64,000 nt of DNA from Balneolales bacterium (GTDB lineage: Bacteria > Bacteroidota > Rhodothermia > Balneolales > Natronogracilivirgulaceae): positions 9,513-73,512 of the forward strand of contig JBBDQY010000017.1 in NCBI GenBank assembly GCA_040905745.1, given 5' to 3'. The notes beneath the pieces were generated by a model that was not told the DNA's origin, searched no databases, and was given only the letters and a program-made list of their open reading frames with translations. A program made the position numbers and the translations under genes. This document shows, one piece after another, positions 10,901 through 20,436 of the stretch. Position 1 is the stretch's first letter, and the number at the start of each line of letters is the position of its first letter.

Positions 10901-13900
10901 TATAATCAGTCAGCCATTCAAACCACCCCGTCCTTCTTATACGGATGAAGACCTTTTGAGGCTGCGGCTATATGCCCGGCGTACATGGTCTTATTTTGAA
11001 CGTTTTGTCAATGAAGATCACGCCTGGCTTCCACCGGATAATTATCAGGTAGATCCGCCATTACCTGCCGCTGACAGAACGTCTCCGACTAATATTGGCT
11101 TGTCACTGATTTCAACACAGGTTGCTTATAATATGGGATATATCACCTATAGTGAATTTCTCGACCGACAGGTTAAGACACTTCAATCTCTTGAGAAACT
11201 TGAACGATATAAAGGACATTTTTATAACTGGTATCAGACCAGGCTTGGAGAGGTTTTAAATCCTCGTTATATCTCTACTGTCGATTCCGGTAATCTAGCC
11301 GCAGGACTTATCCTGATCAAGGAAGGAGTGAAGAAATCCACTGCTGGCTCTGCATGGAACAGTAAGTATTGGGACGGATTGAGCGATACTATAATCACAG
11401 TGAAGAAAATATTTAAAAAAGTAGAGGAAGATCAGCAATTGCCCGATCCATCTTACGCTCGTATACAAGCTATTACCCACACCATGCTCAAGCGACTTGA
11501 AAATAGGGAACATGAAGGCCTGGAACTGCTCCGGGCATTGAAAGATGACGCTGTCAGCTTAAGCTCTACAAACCTCTTACCCCTGCGCAGCCAGCTTGAA
11601 GATTACTATATGTTTGATTTGCTGTACTGGATTGAGAGGCCTCTGAATCAGATAGAAAATGCCATTGGAGAATGTAAATGTCTAAATTTTGCTAAAAATC
11701 TGAATTTTAGCAAAATGTCACCCGAAGAAATGAACATGGTATCGGGCCAGGATGAACAGAATCCTTCATGCCTTAAGCTTTTGAACAAGTGGAAGAAACA
11801 GGTTGAATATATTGTATCCACCAGTGAAAAATTGGTAGATGAAATGGATTTCTCTTTTCTCTACTTACCTAGGCGCCGTTTGTTCAGCATCGGCTATAAT
11901 GTAGATAAAGCCATACTAGATATCAGTACCTATGATCTTCTGGCTAGTGAAGCCCGTATTGCATCTTATATAGCTATAGCTAAAGGAGACATTCCTGTAG
12001 AGCACTGGTTCCGTCTGAGCCGGCGATTAACAAGTTTGAACCGAGAAGAGATATTGCTTTCATGGGGCGGCACCATGTTCGAATATCTCATGCCTTTGCT
12101 TTTCATGCGCAACTATACCGATACCCTGATAGACCTCACCTATAAAAATGTGGTTAACTGGCAAAGAGGGTATGGAAAGAACCAAAATAAACCCTGGGGG
12201 TTTTCAGAAAGTGCCTATTATTTTCTAAACATCGATATGCATTACCAATATCGTGCTTTTGGAGCGCCGGGTCTGGGATTGAAACGTGGACTTGCTGAAG
12301 ATCACGTGGTGGCTCCCTATGCTTCTCTGCTTGCCCTCATGGTTGATCCTAAGTCACCTCTGGAAAACCTGGAAGAGTTAGAAAAGGCTGGAGGATATGG
12401 TCTGTACGGTTTTTTTGACGCCATTGATTATACTCCATCCCGGCTCGAAGGTTCCGAAACACATAAAGTGGTGAAAACCTATCTGGGCCATCATCATGGC
12501 ATGGGATTGATTGCCCTGGAAAACATACTGAATAATAACTCCATACAAGAAAATTTTCACTCTGACCTGAGAATTAAGGGTTGTGAACTACTTCTGCAGG
12601 AACGTATTCCAAGAGGTGTTCCAATAAAAGAGCCCCATCCAATCGAAGTAGAACTGGAACCGGGAGAACAGGAAACTGTCCAGAATGTTGTTGAACATGC
12701 CGGTATTGAAGACCTGGATGTAAGTCCACCACGGCTTCACATGCTCTCAAATGGCAAGTACTCAACGTACCTTACCCATGCGGGTACGGGTGGATCTGTC
12801 TATAACGGTCTGGCGATAAACGGTTGGGATCCTGACCCTACCATCGATCCATTGGGCCTGTTCTTCTATATTAAGGATACGGAATCGGGTGAATATTGGT
12901 CAGCAATGCATCAGCCTGTCAAACGGAAACCCGACCGTTATGATACCTGGTTTCATAATGGCAAAATAATAACGTCACGAGTCGATGATTGGATTGAGAC
13001 AACAACAGAAGCATCCGTTTCACCCGATTATAATATGGAATTTCGAAAGCTGACGCTCACTAACTATTCAGACCGGGTGCGTTCATTAGAGATTACAAGT
13101 TACGCAGAGGTGGTGCTTAACCGTCCACAAGACCATAGTTCTCATCCAGCTTTCTCAAAATTATTTGTGCAGACGGAGTACCTGGCCCGGCATCATGCGC
13201 TTATCGCGAAACGAAGGCCGAGGAGTGATCAGGATCAACCCATGTGGCTGGTACATAGCTTTGCACGCGAATCGTCTGACGGGCTATCCGTACCATTGCA
13301 ATTCGAAACGGAACGATCACAGTTCATTGGTCGTGGCCGTTCACTCAGCAAGCCTCAAGCGATGGACACGGACAATCAATTTGTAGGCTCCATTGGTAAT
13401 ATATCTGACCCAATCGTCAGTCTGCGAAAGCAGATCACTATTGAACCGGGCAAGAAAGTTGTGTGTTCGTTTGGAATGGGATATGCCAGTACACGAGAAG
13501 AAGCTGTACAGCTGGCGGATATGTTTGATAATCACCATACAGTTCAAAGAGCTTTTGATCTGGCTGCAGTATATAGCTCAGTGGAGTTGAACCATATTGG
13601 TATCAATTCCAGACAGGCTCACCATTTTCAGCAGCTCGCGTCTTACCTGATCTATTCGAATAAAAAATACCGAACGGATGATGTTACACTACGTGGAAAC
13701 AGGAACAAGCAGAATGACCTCTGGGCTTACGGCATATCAGGAGATTTGCCCATAGTGGTTTTTAGAATAAATCATATGGATCAGATAAAACAGATTCATA
13801 CAATACTGAATGCCCACGCTTTTTGGCGTATTAAAGGTCTGAAAACCGAACTTATGATACTGAATGACCACGGGCCTACTTATGCGGATGGTTTGCAGGA

Positions 13901-16658
13901 AGCCATTCAACAAGTACTGGAAACATCAACAGAAAGAGGCATGCTCAATACCTATGGAGGCATATTTATCCAACGCACCGATAAATTGCCTTATGAAGAT
14001 CTAATCCTGCTGCTAAGTATAGCCCATGTCATTTTTGATGAAAAAATACCCTCCACCAAAGAACTTAACCATCCAAAACCGGGATCGGCTTCATGGTATT
14101 CAAATAGTGAGGGTGACCAATACCATCCCGTAGGTGCTGCCAATGAAAAACCGGGTGAGTTAAAACAGAATACAGACGAGTTAATATATTTCAATGGGTT
14201 TGGTGGTTTTTCGCTTGATGGGAAGGAATATCATATTCTCATAAAACCGGACGAGAAAACCGGCAGGCACCAGTTCCCACCAGCCCCCTGGGTGAATGTG
14301 ATAGCCAATCAGGATTTTGGTTTTATTGCCACGGAAAGGGGTGCGGGTTATATCTGGAGTGAAAACAGCCGGGAAAATAAACTTACCGCCTGGTTGAATG
14401 ACCCGGTTAAAGATCCCCATACCGAGGCCTTTTATATTCGTGATAATGATTCAAAAATGTACTGGTCACCCACACCGGGGCCTGTACCGGGAAATGGAGA
14501 TTATGCTGTAATTCACGGTTTTGGATATACCAGTTACATGCACTTTTGTGAAGACCTGGAGCAGGAATTGGTACAGTTTGTCCCTGTGAAGGGCTCCGTT
14601 AAAATATCCAGGCTTAGAATCACTAATACCAGTCAAAAAATACGGAACCTAACTCTGTTTAAATATACTGACAGGGTATTGGGGGTTAACAGAAACTCCT
14701 CATCCAGACATATCATCTCACGATCAATGGATCATGGTAAAACGCTTTATGCTCAGAATTTTTATAATAATGAATTTGCCGGCCGACCGGTGTATTCCAG
14801 CGTTCACCATTCAGGGCCTGAATCAGCGATCCGGTATACTACCAGCAGGGAAGCTTTCATTGGCAGAAATCGTTCTCTGAACAGGCCTTTTGTAGTGAGT
14901 ACAGACCAATGGTTAGATAATCAAATCATTTCGGGATCAGATCCCTGCGCGGCTTTTCAGATTAATGACAAGCTTCAAGCTAATAAGACAATGACACTCT
15001 GGTTTCTTGACGGCGAAGCCTTATCATTTGAAGAGGCTGATCAGGCCATAGCGTATTATGCTGACTTGCAAACTGTTGACTCTGCTCTTGATGATGTTAA
15101 AGCTTTTTGGGAAAACAAACTATCGCCCATACAGGTTTCTACACCTGACAAATCAATGGATTTGATGGTGAATGGGTGGCTCATGTATCAAAATCTGTCA
15201 TGCAGAATATGGGGTCGAACGGCTTACTATCAGGCCGGCGGAGCCTTTGGTTTTCGGGATCAGCTTCAGGATTCGATGTCACTGCTTTATGCTGACCCTG
15301 ATCTGACCCGACAGCAAATACTCCTCCATGCATCAAAACAGTTTAAAGAGGGTGATGTACTGCACTGGTGGCATCCACCCACTGGCCGCGGAATCCGATC
15401 CAAGATTACCGATGACCGCCTATGGTTGCCATTTGTAACAGAGAAATATATCCGTACAACAGGTGATGAGTCGATCCTTTATGAAGAAGTCTCCTATATC
15501 TCAGCGCCCGGACTCGAAAGGCATGAACATGAAGTTTATCTGGTTCCTCATACGCTGGATGTGAAGGATTCCCTTTATGACCACTGCTGTAAAGCTATTG
15601 ATATATCACTTCAGTTCGGAACACATGGACTTCCATTGATGGGCGCTGGCGACTGGAATGATGGCATGAACCGGGTTGGGGAGGCAGGTCATGGTGAGAG
15701 CGTCTGGCTAGGGTTTTTTATTTACATCACACTGAATAAATTCCAGAAGATATGTACAAAACTGGGAGATGTTAAAAGAGCCGAAAGGTACCGGTCAGTC
15801 GCTTCTGAATTGAAGAACAGCCTGAACAAAGAGGGATGGGATGGTGAATGGTTTTTACGGGCATACTATGATGATGGTACTCCATTAGGTTCTTCAAGTA
15901 ATAGTGAATGTAAAATTGACGCTATTTCACAGGCATGGGCGGTGATCTCAGGGTTGGCAGACCATGAAAGGGCTATGAAGGCAATCAATGCCGCTGAGAA
16001 ACATCTCATATCAGAAAAGGATAAGATCATACGGTTATTAGCCCCTCCATTTGATAAGACTAATAAGAACCCCGGGTATATTAAGGGGTATATTCCTGGT
16101 GTACGCGAAAATGGCGGACAATATACACATGGGGCGCTTTGGTTAATAAAAGCAATGGCTGAGCTTGGGATGGGAGATAAAGCAGTGCGATATATGAATA
16201 TGATCAATCCCATTCATCATGGATCCACTAAAGAATCAAGTTTGAAGTATAAAGTGGAACCCTATGTGGTTGCCGCTGATATCTATGGCGTACCCCCACT
16301 TACCGGGATGGGAGGATGGACCTGGTATACAGGATCAGGCGGGTGGATGTACAGAGTGATGCTGGAATCCATTTTAGGTTTTCGTATAGAAAGAGGAAAT
16401 ATTAAACTGAAGCCTGCAATATCTGCACAATGGAAAAGTTACCGTATCAAGTACCGCGCAGATGAGAAAGGTACCATATATGATATTAGAATTCACAACC
16501 CCAATAACCTGGAAACAGGCATGGTGAACGGTAAGATAAATGGGAAGGCCGTTCAATTCAAAAATCAGCACGCCTTAATAAAAGTTTTGCATGACGGGAA
16601 GGTTCACCATGTAGAACTAAGTATTGTAGAATCAGTTAAAGTTAATAAAACCCTCTAA
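7956..16658 (+). CDS. cgs: Cyclic beta-1,2-glucan synthase-type multidomain enzyme (GT84 glycosyltransferase + TM clusters + glucoamylase-like/cyclase region + GH94 phosphorylase-like C-terminus)
   Basis: 2,900 aa, the same size class and domain order as Cgs/ChvB/NdvB. TM cluster at aa ~405-460. GT core has DAD (aa 625-627, nt 9828-9836) and HRWTRGDWQ (aa 772-780). Second TM cluster at aa ~800-960. Middle region shows WLPPDNYQVDP...SPTNIGLSL. The C-terminal ~1,300 aa carry GFRDQLQDS, GDWNDGMN and GGQYTHGALW, as in GH94 phosphorylases. Confidence 0.85.
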   Translation: MIDYSKVTFNINYLKESAIHLAELHATTQPTKKIYPVKPILDQSRKVLNDAYRILSGLARDNQDLSPAAEWLIDNFYIIQEQIVEVGVDFPKEFQRNLPSLNSGEHEGLPRVYELVMHFLTHTDNLVDEEVLGHYIKSYQEAEILLQGEIWAIPIMLRLILVQKLAEKASRILYRKCIWKDVHELMGNMAGRDLEEPGLLISIMSDWLSKEERTESLITLIELYNQLQQRGLLLEEQKRWFIYRFKQHDITIEEAMHLEAQRQSRLQVSIQNAVVTLRESSETDWNDFVENCSRVDHVLRQDPFGLYTKMDFNTRDRYRKSVEKLSRGSGKSEMEVAGQALSLSVNASYDSEDGVNNLLFNQNAVKKHIGYYLTGDGYFDFAESIRYRMPLRERVQRRLEKNPVWYVWSIFLLTVLLMLALFVVTAAYNETLLISVTVFIIALFPALDLSVSAVNRFFAFLLPPRTLPKMDYKDNIPGESRTLVVVPTLLSSPDDVRQQVEKLEVRSLANPHPGLQFALLTDFFDADTQKTEGDEDILNTVKDAIYELNQKYSSRYGDKFYVLHRERLWNESEHVWMGWERKRGKLEEFNRLLRDPLIPTSYTLITGDFVKSVEMMPVKYVITLDADTQLPPDSAVHLIRTISHPLNRAWYDPDKRRITKGYAIIQPRISIPPSSARKTWFSRIFSGNVGLDPYSTAVSDIYQDLAGEAVFTGKGIYDVQAYHEVLNMRFPENRILSHDLIESAYLRTGLATDLELFDDFPSTYLGFSKRNHRWTRGDWQIAAWLFPQVPSTKGKEKNRINLLSRWKIFDNLRRSLNSFFLTLFFIGGWFWLPGAAWIWTLAAFSILAFPIYVSLSADIINRPARVRWKVYLDKVRSNLKMNTIQALLTVIILPHQAVVHLDAVFRTLYRLLVSKKWLLEWTTASQTESGSPDSLMTYFRFMIFTVVLGIAIFVVSIALNVQYLWITGPFFLIWACSPWYLYIISQPFKPPRPSYTDEDLLRLRLYARRTWSYFERFVNEDHAWLPPDNYQVDPPLPAADRTSPTNIGLSLISTQVAYNMGYITYSEFLDRQVKTLQSLEKLERYKGHFYNWYQTRLGEVLNPRYISTVDSGNLAAGLILIKEGVKKSTAGSAWNSKYWDGLSDTIITVKKIFKKVEEDQQLPDPSYARIQAITHTMLKRLENREHEGLELLRALKDDAVSLSSTNLLPLRSQLEDYYMFDLLYWIERPLNQIENAIGECKCLNFAKNLNFSKMSPEEMNMVSGQDEQNPSCLKLLNKWKKQVEYIVSTSEKLVDEMDFSFLYLPRRRLFSIGYNVDKAILDISTYDLLASEARIASYIAIAKGDIPVEHWFRLSRRLTSLNREEILLSWGGTMFEYLMPLLFMRNYTDTLIDLTYKNVVNWQRGYGKNQNKPWGFSESAYYFLNIDMHYQYRAFGAPGLGLKRGLAEDHVVAPYASLLALMVDPKSPLENLEELEKAGGYGLYGFFDAIDYTPSRLEGSETHKVVKTYLGHHHGMGLIALENILNNNSIQENFHSDLRIKGCELLLQERIPRGVPIKEPHPIEVELEPGEQETVQNVVEHAGIEDLDVSPPRLHMLSNGKYSTYLTHAGTGGSVYNGLAINGWDPDPTIDPLGLFFYIKDTESGEYWSAMHQPVKRKPDRYDTWFHNGKIITSRVDDWIETTTEASVSPDYNMEFRKLTLTNYSDRVRSLEITSYAEVVLNRPQDHSSHPAFSKLFVQTEYLARHHALIAKRRPRSDQDQPMWLVHSFARESSDGLSVPLQFETERSQFIGRGRSLSKPQAMDTDNQFVGSIGNISDPIVSLRKQITIEPGKKVVCSFGMGYASTREEAVQLADMFDNHHTVQRAFDLAAVYSSVELNHIGINSRQAHHFQQLASYLIYSNKKYRTDDVTLRGNRNKQNDLWAYGISGDLPIVVFRINHMDQIKQIHTILNAHAFWRIKGLKTELMILNDHGPTYADGLQEAIQQVLETSTERGMLNTYGGIFIQRTDKLPYEDLILLLSIAHVIFDEKIPSTKELNHPKPGSASWYSNSEGDQYHPVGAANEKPGELKQNTDELIYFNGFGGFSLDGKEYHILIKPDEKTGRHQFPPAPWVNVIANQDFGFIATERGAGYIWSENSRENKLTAWLNDPVKDPHTEAFYIRDNDSKMYWSPTPGPVPGNGDYAVIHGFGYTSYMHFCEDLEQELVQFVPVKGSVKISRLRITNTSQKIRNLTLFKYTDRVLGVNRNSSSRHIISRSMDHGKTLYAQNFYNNEFAGRPVYSSVHHSGPESAIRYTTSREAFIGRNRSLNRPFVVSTDQWLDNQIISGSDPCAAFQINDKLQANKTMTLWFLDGEALSFEEADQAIAYYADLQTVDSALDDVKAFWENKLSPIQVSTPDKSMDLMVNGWLMYQNLSCRIWGRTAYYQAGGAFGFRDQLQDSMSLLYADPDLTRQQILLHASKQFKEGDVLHWWHPPTGRGIRSKITDDRLWLPFVTEKYIRTTGDESILYEEVSYISAPGLERHEHEVYLVPHTLDVKDSLYDHCCKAIDISLQFGTHGLPLMGAGDWNDGMNRVGEAGHGESVWLGFFIYITLNKFQKICTKLGDVKRAERYRSVASELKNSLNKEGWDGEWFLRAYYDDGTPLGSSSNSECKIDAISQAWAVISGLADHERAMKAINAAEKHLISEKDKIIRLLAPPFDKTNKNPGYIKGYIPGVRENGGQYTHGALWLIKAMAELGMGDKAVRYMNMINPIHHGSTKESSLKYKVEPYVVAADIYGVPPLTGMGGWTWYTGSGGWMYRVMLESILGFRIERGNIKLKPAISAQWKSYRIKYRADEKGTIYDIRIHNPNNLETGMVNGKINGKAVQFKNQHALIKVLHDGKVHHVELSIVESVKVNKTL

Positions 16659-17318
16659 AAAAGGCACATTCAACGTTCTCTATTTATACCTTACCATTAA
16701 ACAAAAAGGATTGGAAGTCGACCAGGTGATGATTTGCTTGGGAGTAATGAAGATTATACCAATGTTAATGAGTGAACTCTTTATTGTGAACATATTACAT
16801 GTCCGTTAGCTAACTGTAAAATGTAGGGAAAAGATTACAATAGATTCAGGTATTTCCCTTTCTTTCTATTTTCAATAAATATTTAACTTAATATAAATAT
16901 TTCTTAAATAAAGACTAGGTTGACTATATTTGCTTAAGGGAAGTTTATTTCCTATGATTTAAAAAAACAAAGCATTTAAGCTGATAGAAGTTTGTTATTG
17001 ATATAATCATGAAATAAAAGATAAAATATACTATATTAAATAGTAGAAATTTAGTAGATACAATACAGGCTTTTTCCCCTTTTGCTATGGGCCTGAGAAG
17101 TCAGGTGGATTAGACTTCGTTATGACATGCTTTACCTGAATTCGGCATCACTACCTGGGCATGAAAATCTAAAATGATACATATCCGGTCATTCTGACTA
17201 GAATAACCTAAGATTAACTGAACATGCTTTTGAGAAGAACAGCTTTGTAAGCAACCTTTTGCCAAACGTAATATTCTGGGAATATACTAGATTACTGTAC
17301 AATTTGACACAGAATAAT

Positions 17319-19946
17319 ATGATCAATCGCAGAATAGTGATTATTGAGGATGATCTTGCTGATGCTGAGCTCATCAAGCTTGAACTTAATGAGCTTCAGG
17401 AGAAGTTTACAATCCAGGTTATCGATACCAGAGCGGAACTTTTGTACATTCTCAATAATGAATTACCTGACCTTGTAATCTCTGATTACAATGTCCCGGG
17501 TATAAATGCACTTGAAGCATTAAAGATCATTCATGAGTATAAACCGGATTTACCCGTTATCCTCTGTTCTGGTTTTATTGGTGAAGAAGAAGCCGTTTAT
17601 GCCGTAAAACAGGGCGTGGCAGATTATGTTTTGAAAGACCGGTTGAAAAGACTTGGGCCGTCAGTCTATAGAGAACTTGAAAATTATAATATCAAACAAA
17701 GGCAAAAAGCTGATCAGCTACGCTATCGTCAATTGATACAGGACCTTCCCGGCGCCATTTATACATGTGACTCTGAGGGACGGATTATGCTATATAATGA
17801 TGCAGCAGCCAGACTATGGGGTAGAGAACCTGAAATTGGTAAAGATTTATGGGGTGGATTTGCTAAAATGTATAAGTCAGACGGAACACCGCTTCCATTA
17901 GATTTATGCCCGATGGCAATTACATTGAAAGAAGGTACATCTTTTTCAGGTTTGGAGATGATGTTTGAACGCCCGGACGGGCAAATCAGACATGTTTTGG
18001 TACATCCCTCTGCAGAGTTTGATGCAGGGGGTCGGGTTTCCGGCGCGGTTAATATGCTCATCGATATTACCGATCAAAAGATCATTGAAAAAGAAAAGGA
18101 TGAGGCTCTTAAGAATCTACGCGAACGGATAAAAGAACAATCCTGCCTTCATAAAATCACAATACTGAATGAACAGAATCTATCCATTGATAATCTGCTA
18201 TCACAATCGGCTCAACTTATTCCAGAGGGTTTCCAGTATCCTGAAAAAATCGCCGCAGAAATTGAGTTGAATGGGAAAATTTACCAATCATCAAATTACA
18301 GGGTTTCGGAAAATTCCCTGTCGATTCAACGTAGATGTGATAAAGAATCACAATTAAAAATCAGTGTTTGTTATTTGGCTGAATCTAATTTCAAGGAGAA
18401 TGTATTTCTCAAAGAAGAAAATTTTTTAATGGAATCTATTGGGAGAAATCTGTGCCTGGGAATCGATAAAAAGAAAAAAGAGGCGGAGAAAGAAAAACTG
18501 AACAGACATAACGAACTGCTACTTGACTCGACTGCAGAAGGATTATGCGGAATTGATCAAAATGGAAACTGTACTTTTATCAATAAAGCAGCAACCAATA
18601 TGCTGGGGTATAGCCGGGATGACTGTTTGGGAAAAAATATGCACCAGCTTGTCCACAACAAAAAAAGAAATGGTGATATCTATCAGCAGTCTGAATGTCC
18701 TATATTTAAATCAAAAGATAATTTAAATGGTTGCCATGTCACATCAGAGGTATTTTGGAAAGCGGATGATACCGGATTTGATGTTGAGTATTCCTCTTTT
18801 CCAATTATTGATCAGGGTGTGAATACCGGGGCTGTGGTCACCTTCAAAGATATCACCGAACGAAAGCTAATCGAAGAGAAATTATCTTTTCAAGCCAATC
18901 TGCTGGATGAGGTCGGAGACGCGGTGATCGCTTCGGATCTTAATGGCAGGATTATCTATTGGAACCAGGCGGCTGAACATCTCTATGGCTGGAGTTTTAA
19001 AGAAGTTGAAGGGTTAAACATTCTTGACGTAATTCCAAACGACCAATTCAGAAGTGAAGGGGCTGAGGTTATAGCCTCAATAATGAAAGGTGAACATTGG
19101 ACAGGGGAATTTGAGGTACAGCGAAAAAACGGGAGCATATTTCCGGCAAAGGTAACTGATACACCCATCATTGATGACCAAGGCAAGATCATTGGAATCA
19201 TCGGTATTTCCACTGACATTACCGACAGGAAACTGAAAGAAGAGGCTATTCAGAAATCCCTTGATGAAAAAAATATCCTGCTTGCAGAAATACATCACCG
19301 GGTCAAAAACAATCTGGCCATCGTCTCTGCTATGCTGCAGTTGCAGGCAGATGATGAAACGATCGAGAGAGTTACAAATAAACTGCTTGACAGTGTAACT
19401 CGTATAAAGGCAATAGCGAATATTCATGAGTATTTGTATAAATCAAAAACCTTCTCAGAATTGGATTTTTCAGAAAGTTTAGAGCAGTTAATCACTGATA
19501 TTTTAAATACCTACCAGGATATCTCAGTTAAACTTAATGTTTCTGGTAAGGCTGTATACTTGAACATTAATCAGGCTATACCTTGTTCCCTGATTGTAAA
19601 TGAGGTTACTACAAATATTTTGAAGCATGCTTTTATTGGAGTGAAAAAATGGGGAATTATTACCTCGATTGTTCAAGAGGGTAATAAGATGAGATTATTG
19701 ATCAAAGACAATGGAAACGCGTTTGAAGGAGATTTAAAAACCATCAGGAGTGAATCCATGGGCCTTGAGATCATCGCCGTCCTTGCTGAGCAATTAAAAG
19801 CTGATTACTCCTATAGCAGAGCAGGAAATTACAACCAATTTACACTCGAATTCGAAATAGAAGGCTATAGTGGTTTTGAACGTGCAAGGTATATGTTTGA
19901 TCAAAATTCACCAGAAAATAGTGTACCATCAACTAATACCATTTAA
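17319..19946 (+). CDS. Hybrid sensor histidine kinase: N-terminal REC, PAS, unassigned module, PAS, PAS, HisKA_2 + HATPase
   Basis: REC: IVIIEDD...LVISDYNVPG...VLKD. Three PAS-like blocks each end in I(D/T)ITD(Q/R)K. H-box LLAEIHHRVKNNLAIVSAML is of HisKA_2 type. ATPase region shows NEVTTNILKHAF...IKDNG...GLEI. The start is set at ATG 17319 (MINRRIVIIEDD); the TTG at 17259 is the alternative. Confidence 0.85.
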   Translation: MINRRIVIIEDDLADAELIKLELNELQEKFTIQVIDTRAELLYILNNELPDLVISDYNVPGINALEALKIIHEYKPDLPVILCSGFIGEEEAVYAVKQGVADYVLKDRLKRLGPSVYRELENYNIKQRQKADQLRYRQLIQDLPGAIYTCDSEGRIMLYNDAAARLWGREPEIGKDLWGGFAKMYKSDGTPLPLDLCPMAITLKEGTSFSGLEMMFERPDGQIRHVLVHPSAEFDAGGRVSGAVNMLIDITDQKIIEKEKDEALKNLRERIKEQSCLHKITILNEQNLSIDNLLSQSAQLIPEGFQYPEKIAAEIELNGKIYQSSNYRVSENSLSIQRRCDKESQLKISVCYLAESNFKENVFLKEENFLMESIGRNLCLGIDKKKKEAEKEKLNRHNELLLDSTAEGLCGIDQNGNCTFINKAATNMLGYSRDDCLGKNMHQLVHNKKRNGDIYQQSECPIFKSKDNLNGCHVTSEVFWKADDTGFDVEYSSFPIIDQGVNTGAVVTFKDITERKLIEEKLSFQANLLDEVGDAVIASDLNGRIIYWNQAAEHLYGWSFKEVEGLNILDVIPNDQFRSEGAEVIASIMKGEHWTGEFEVQRKNGSIFPAKVTDTPIIDDQGKIIGIIGISTDITDRKLKEEAIQKSLDEKNILLAEIHHRVKNNLAIVSAMLQLQADDETIERVTNKLLDSVTRIKAIANIHEYLYKSKTFSELDFSESLEQLITDILNTYQDISVKLNVSGKAVYLNINQAIPCSLIVNEVTTNILKHAFIGVKKWGIITSIVQEGNKMRLLIKDNGNAFEGDLKTIRSESMGLEIIAVLAEQLKADYSYSRAGNYNQFTLEFEIEGYSGFERARYMFDQNSPENSVPSTNTI

Positions 19947-19969
19947 CTTTATAAGTAAAAGGTTTATAC

Positions 19970-20335
19970 ATGAAGACGGTATTGATCGTTGAAGATGATA
20001 TGCTTTTATCGCTTTTACTTGCAAAACAAGTTAAGCGTTTAGGCTATGAGGTCATTAGCAGGGCTACTTCCGGAGCAAGTGCCATTAATAAAGTAAAAGA
20101 TTTTAATCCTGATATCATCATTATGGATATCAAGCTGGAGGGAGATTTGGATGGAATAGATGCCATGAATAGCATCCGTACTTTTTCTGATGCTGCATTT
20201 TTCTATATCACCGGCAACTCTGATCCTGAAACGATAACCAGAGCAATGAAGACCAATCCAGTAGTTTATCTCATCAAGCCCATTGAACTGAATAAATTGG
20301 GAGAAGCTTTAACAAAGGCATCTGAGCATAATTAA
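19970..20335 (+). CDS. Stand-alone response regulator receiver (CheY-like, no output domain)
   Basis: 121 aa. VLIVEDD, phospho-acceptor context IIIMDIKL, and conserved Lys in YLIKP. Lies 23 nt downstream of the kinase. Confidence 0.9.
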   Translation: MKTVLIVEDDMLLSLLLAKQVKRLGYEVISRATSGASAINKVKDFNPDIIIMDIKLEGDLDGIDAMNSIRTFSDAAFFYITGNSDPETITRAMKTNPVVYLIKPIELNKLGEALTKASEHN

Positions 20336-20436
20336 TCTAGGCAGTGTATTATTGACGGAATTATTAACGGACCGGTTTAAATTCCCAACCTGGTATCACC
20401 TTCTGCCAATTATCATCATACTCATGTTATCATCTA

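Noticed and set aside
8256-16571. A dozen 60-115-aa ORFs, in other frames or antisense, inside the 2,900-aa glucan synthase gene
   Set aside because: All are nested in a continuous, motif-rich 8.7-kb reading frame. They show no independent signals, and such frames are expected by chance in a gene of this length.
16729-16809. 26-codon hydrophobic small ORF in the long gap after the glucan synthase
   Set aside because: There is no supporting signal beyond an ATG and hydrophobic composition. It is mentioned in the gap finding but not called as a gene.
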